A DNA stretch of 52,022 nt, counting the filler, from Sphacelaria rigidula (lineage: Eukaryota), in the NCBI GenBank assembly GCA_964200075.2. It is 3 parts of 3 records of this genome, joined end to end, with 100 filler letters (N's around TTAATTAATTAA, not from the genome) between each part and the next. Parts side by side here need not be neighbours in the genome. Positions count along the whole stretch, not along the records: positions 34,750 to 52,022 come from CAXNAA020001125.1; 2 more parts are not named here. One strand, written 5' to 3'. Positions 49,742-52,022 of the stretch are shown piece by piece. Positions within the stretch are counted from its first letter, which is position 1, and each line of letters starts with the position of its first letter. The notes beneath the pieces are model-generated. The model saw nothing but the letters and a program-made list of their open reading frames with translations, was not told the DNA's origin and searched no databases. The translations under genes were made by a program, and so were the position numbers.

Positions 49742-50228
49742 TCCAAAAGAAAAACCACCGTCGTCAGGGTGAGGCGGATTTCGAACAGGAGGACGTCCCT
49801 CTAAGCACTACGGAACACGTAACAAAGCATACTGAAAACATACCTATTTGGACTAGTCATCGAGATTTTTGAGCGCCTCTTGTTGAGCATCTGAGAGAGA
49901 CTTCATATTGTTGCGCCGGCGACGACCGCCGTCAGCGAAACGATCCAATACGGCGACAGACGCCAGCGATCTTTGAAACACAGCAACATCCAGCAGTCTG
50001 CTGAGATACGCTATCACCAGAGTACAGCATCACTACAGTACAGTCGTCAGTTGGATAAAATAGATGCCCCACAAAAAAGCTGCACACACACACAACGGGG
50101 GTTAGCGTTAGCCCCACGCTTGGGGTTGCTTCGCCAGCAGCGCCCATGAGAGGCGCTTCATCCAGTCTGAATCAGCTATCACGCCTTGTATGACCACTTC
50201 CACCGTGGCTGTGTTGGGAACTGGTTTA
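49742..50228. repeat. Direct repeat copy 1 (diverged duplicate of 51585-52022)
   Basis: Shared blocks such as GGACTAGTCATCGAG...GTTGCGCCGGCGACGACCGCCGTCAGCG...GAGGCGCTTCATCCAGTCTGAA. Confidence 0.85.
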
Positions 50229-50401
50229 GAGGTGGGACTGTCGAAGCATACTGTAGTGCAGCGCGCTTGAAGAATCCGAGCCGTTTATCTAATTTAGAAC
50301 CCGCATCAGCTATATTTTCAATTTGTCTCCTCTGGGTCTCGAAGGGGATCTGAACGAGCGACGGAAAGTGCTGGCACCCTCTTCCTCAGATATATTTTGT
50401 G

Positions 50402-51422
50402 CACACCCTGGACAATACAATATATGATATATATATATATATATATTGCCCGCACAATATGTCAACGCCTCGGGTGGCCAATAAATATTGGGTGAGCAAT
50501 ATGATGGCACGAGAGACTAATGCCGAGATAGCCCCCCCACAAAACGTGCACCGGAAACCATCCGACAAACCGGCTGCGATCCCACTATTGGGCTCGTCTG
50601 CAGCAATTTCGCCCACATGAGAGACGTATAGCAGTCCGAAATCAGCTATAACGCCCAAATGAGTCGGGTTGTGCAGCACGAAACCAACTCTAACGGCATT
50701 AATAACCATCGCCTCCGTGCCCTTTTTTGGCCGGTACGGAGGGGGGCTATCTCGGCAGCAGTCGAGATAGGGTCAATATATATTGTGCCATCAATATTTC
50801 AAGGCTCGCCACATGCAATATATATCGACCGAATGATATATCACGACACGCGCCACCTCAATATATACTGGCCGAGTAATATGTCGGTGCGAGAAGGCAC
50901 CAATATGTATATATATATATATGTCGAGTAATATACCGGCTGCCACACGAGGCCAATATATATATATATATATTATTGATGATTTAATATACTCAGCACC
51001 CGAAGCGCCAGTATATATTGCCGCCCCAATATCGGGCGGACAATACACGAGGGAACCGACGGTCACAATATACACTGGCGTGGCAATATATATATATATT
51101 GGTTTTCAACATGTAGATTGCAAAGTGTATTGGAATTAGTATAGTGGGCAGTTGTATGTTCGCGGACGCCATTCAAAGATGTATCACCACATGCCGAAAA
51201 CGCTCAATATATTCCTCCGCAAGGGTGCGCAATATCTGTTGGCTGCACAATAGCTATGCGATGAGCGTGCGCGATGTATATGGAAAAAGCAACACTTTTG
51301 CATGGTGTGCTTACAATATATATTATGGTAACAATATGATATGCACTGCTTTGACTTAATATATATATATATATATTGACACTTCAATACATACACGGCC
51401 GGCATGCACAATATGTATTGAA
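50402..51422. mobile_element. Truncated, inverted copy of the 22748-24368 element
   Basis: Starts with the TIR CACACCCTGGACAATACAATAT and is reverse-collinear with 24368-23620. Confidence 0.8.
50515..50763. mobile_element. Nested MITE with 4-bp TSD GAGA
   Basis: TIRs GACTAATGCCGAGATAGCCCCC / GGGGGCTATCTCGGCAGCAGTC. The empty site is visible in the sister copy near 24260-24275. Confidence 0.8.
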
Positions 51423-51584
51423 CAGCCTTGATTCGTTTTTGAGGTTCAACATTTAATTGAGGTTCAACGGACCATCGAAATTTCATTTAGTTTGTTCGAA
51501 AGGCTCGGGATTCGCAACCGCTTTCGACCATGTACCCCTAACGTAAAAGGTTTTGCACGGCAGCGAAAGCATGATGGTGAGCAG

Positions 51585-52022
51585 CCCAACAGAAAAGCCA
51601 CCGTCATTCATTGTGCCGCATCTTTTGAGCAACCCCTCCCTGCGTCTAAGCGCTGCGGAACACGGAACAAAGCATGCTGGAAACATACTTACTCGGACTA
51701 GTCATCGAGTTTTCGAGCGCCTTTTGTTGAGTATCTCAGAGAGACTCCATACTGTTGCGCCGGCGACGACCGCCGTCAGCGCAACAATTCAATGCGGCGG
51801 CAGACGCCAACGATCTTTGAAATGCATCATCATTCAGCAGTCTGCTGAGATATACCGGTGCCCCACAATAAAGCTGCAGACACACACAACGGGGGTAAGG
51901 GTTAGCCCCACGCCTGGTGTGGTTTCGCCAGAAGTGTCCTTGCGAGGCGCTTCATCCAGTCTGAACCAGCTATCACGCCTTGTATGGCCACCTCCGCCGT
52001 GGCTGTGTTGAGAACCGGTTTC
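51585..52022. repeat. Direct repeat copy 2 (runs off the window)
   Basis: Collinear with 49742-50228. Confidence 0.85.

Overview
Eukaryotic, intron-rich and repeat-dense DNA, most likely from a brown alga (Phaeophyceae), judged from the NB-ARC-TPR gene architecture and the repeat families. The window has three segments joined by two artificial 100-nt N/TTAATTAATTAA/N linkers (17276-17375, 34650-34749). Segment 1 holds the 3' part of an NLR-like NB-ARC-TPR gene on +. It has an LHD-motif exon (865-1251), a decayed TPR pseudo-exon (~1580), a TPR exon running into a gap (9660-), a 126-nt last TPR exon whose donor reads CT (12938-13063) and a probable orphaned tail exon. After the gap, a 127-bp intron/acceptor segment recurs identically but is followed by a donor-like sequence and no exon, which looks like an 'empty' TPR cassette. 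An antisense zinc-finger pseudogene lies in one intron. Segment 2 holds deeply nested non-autonomous DNA transposons, a spliced class-3 lipase and an AIG1/GIMAP-like GTPase; these two genes are phase-compatible as a fusion except for a TGA formed at one splice junction. Segment 3 is mostly MITEs and SINEs, plus an orphan MFS transporter terminal exon. All gene models are manual splice predictions, and no database search was run.
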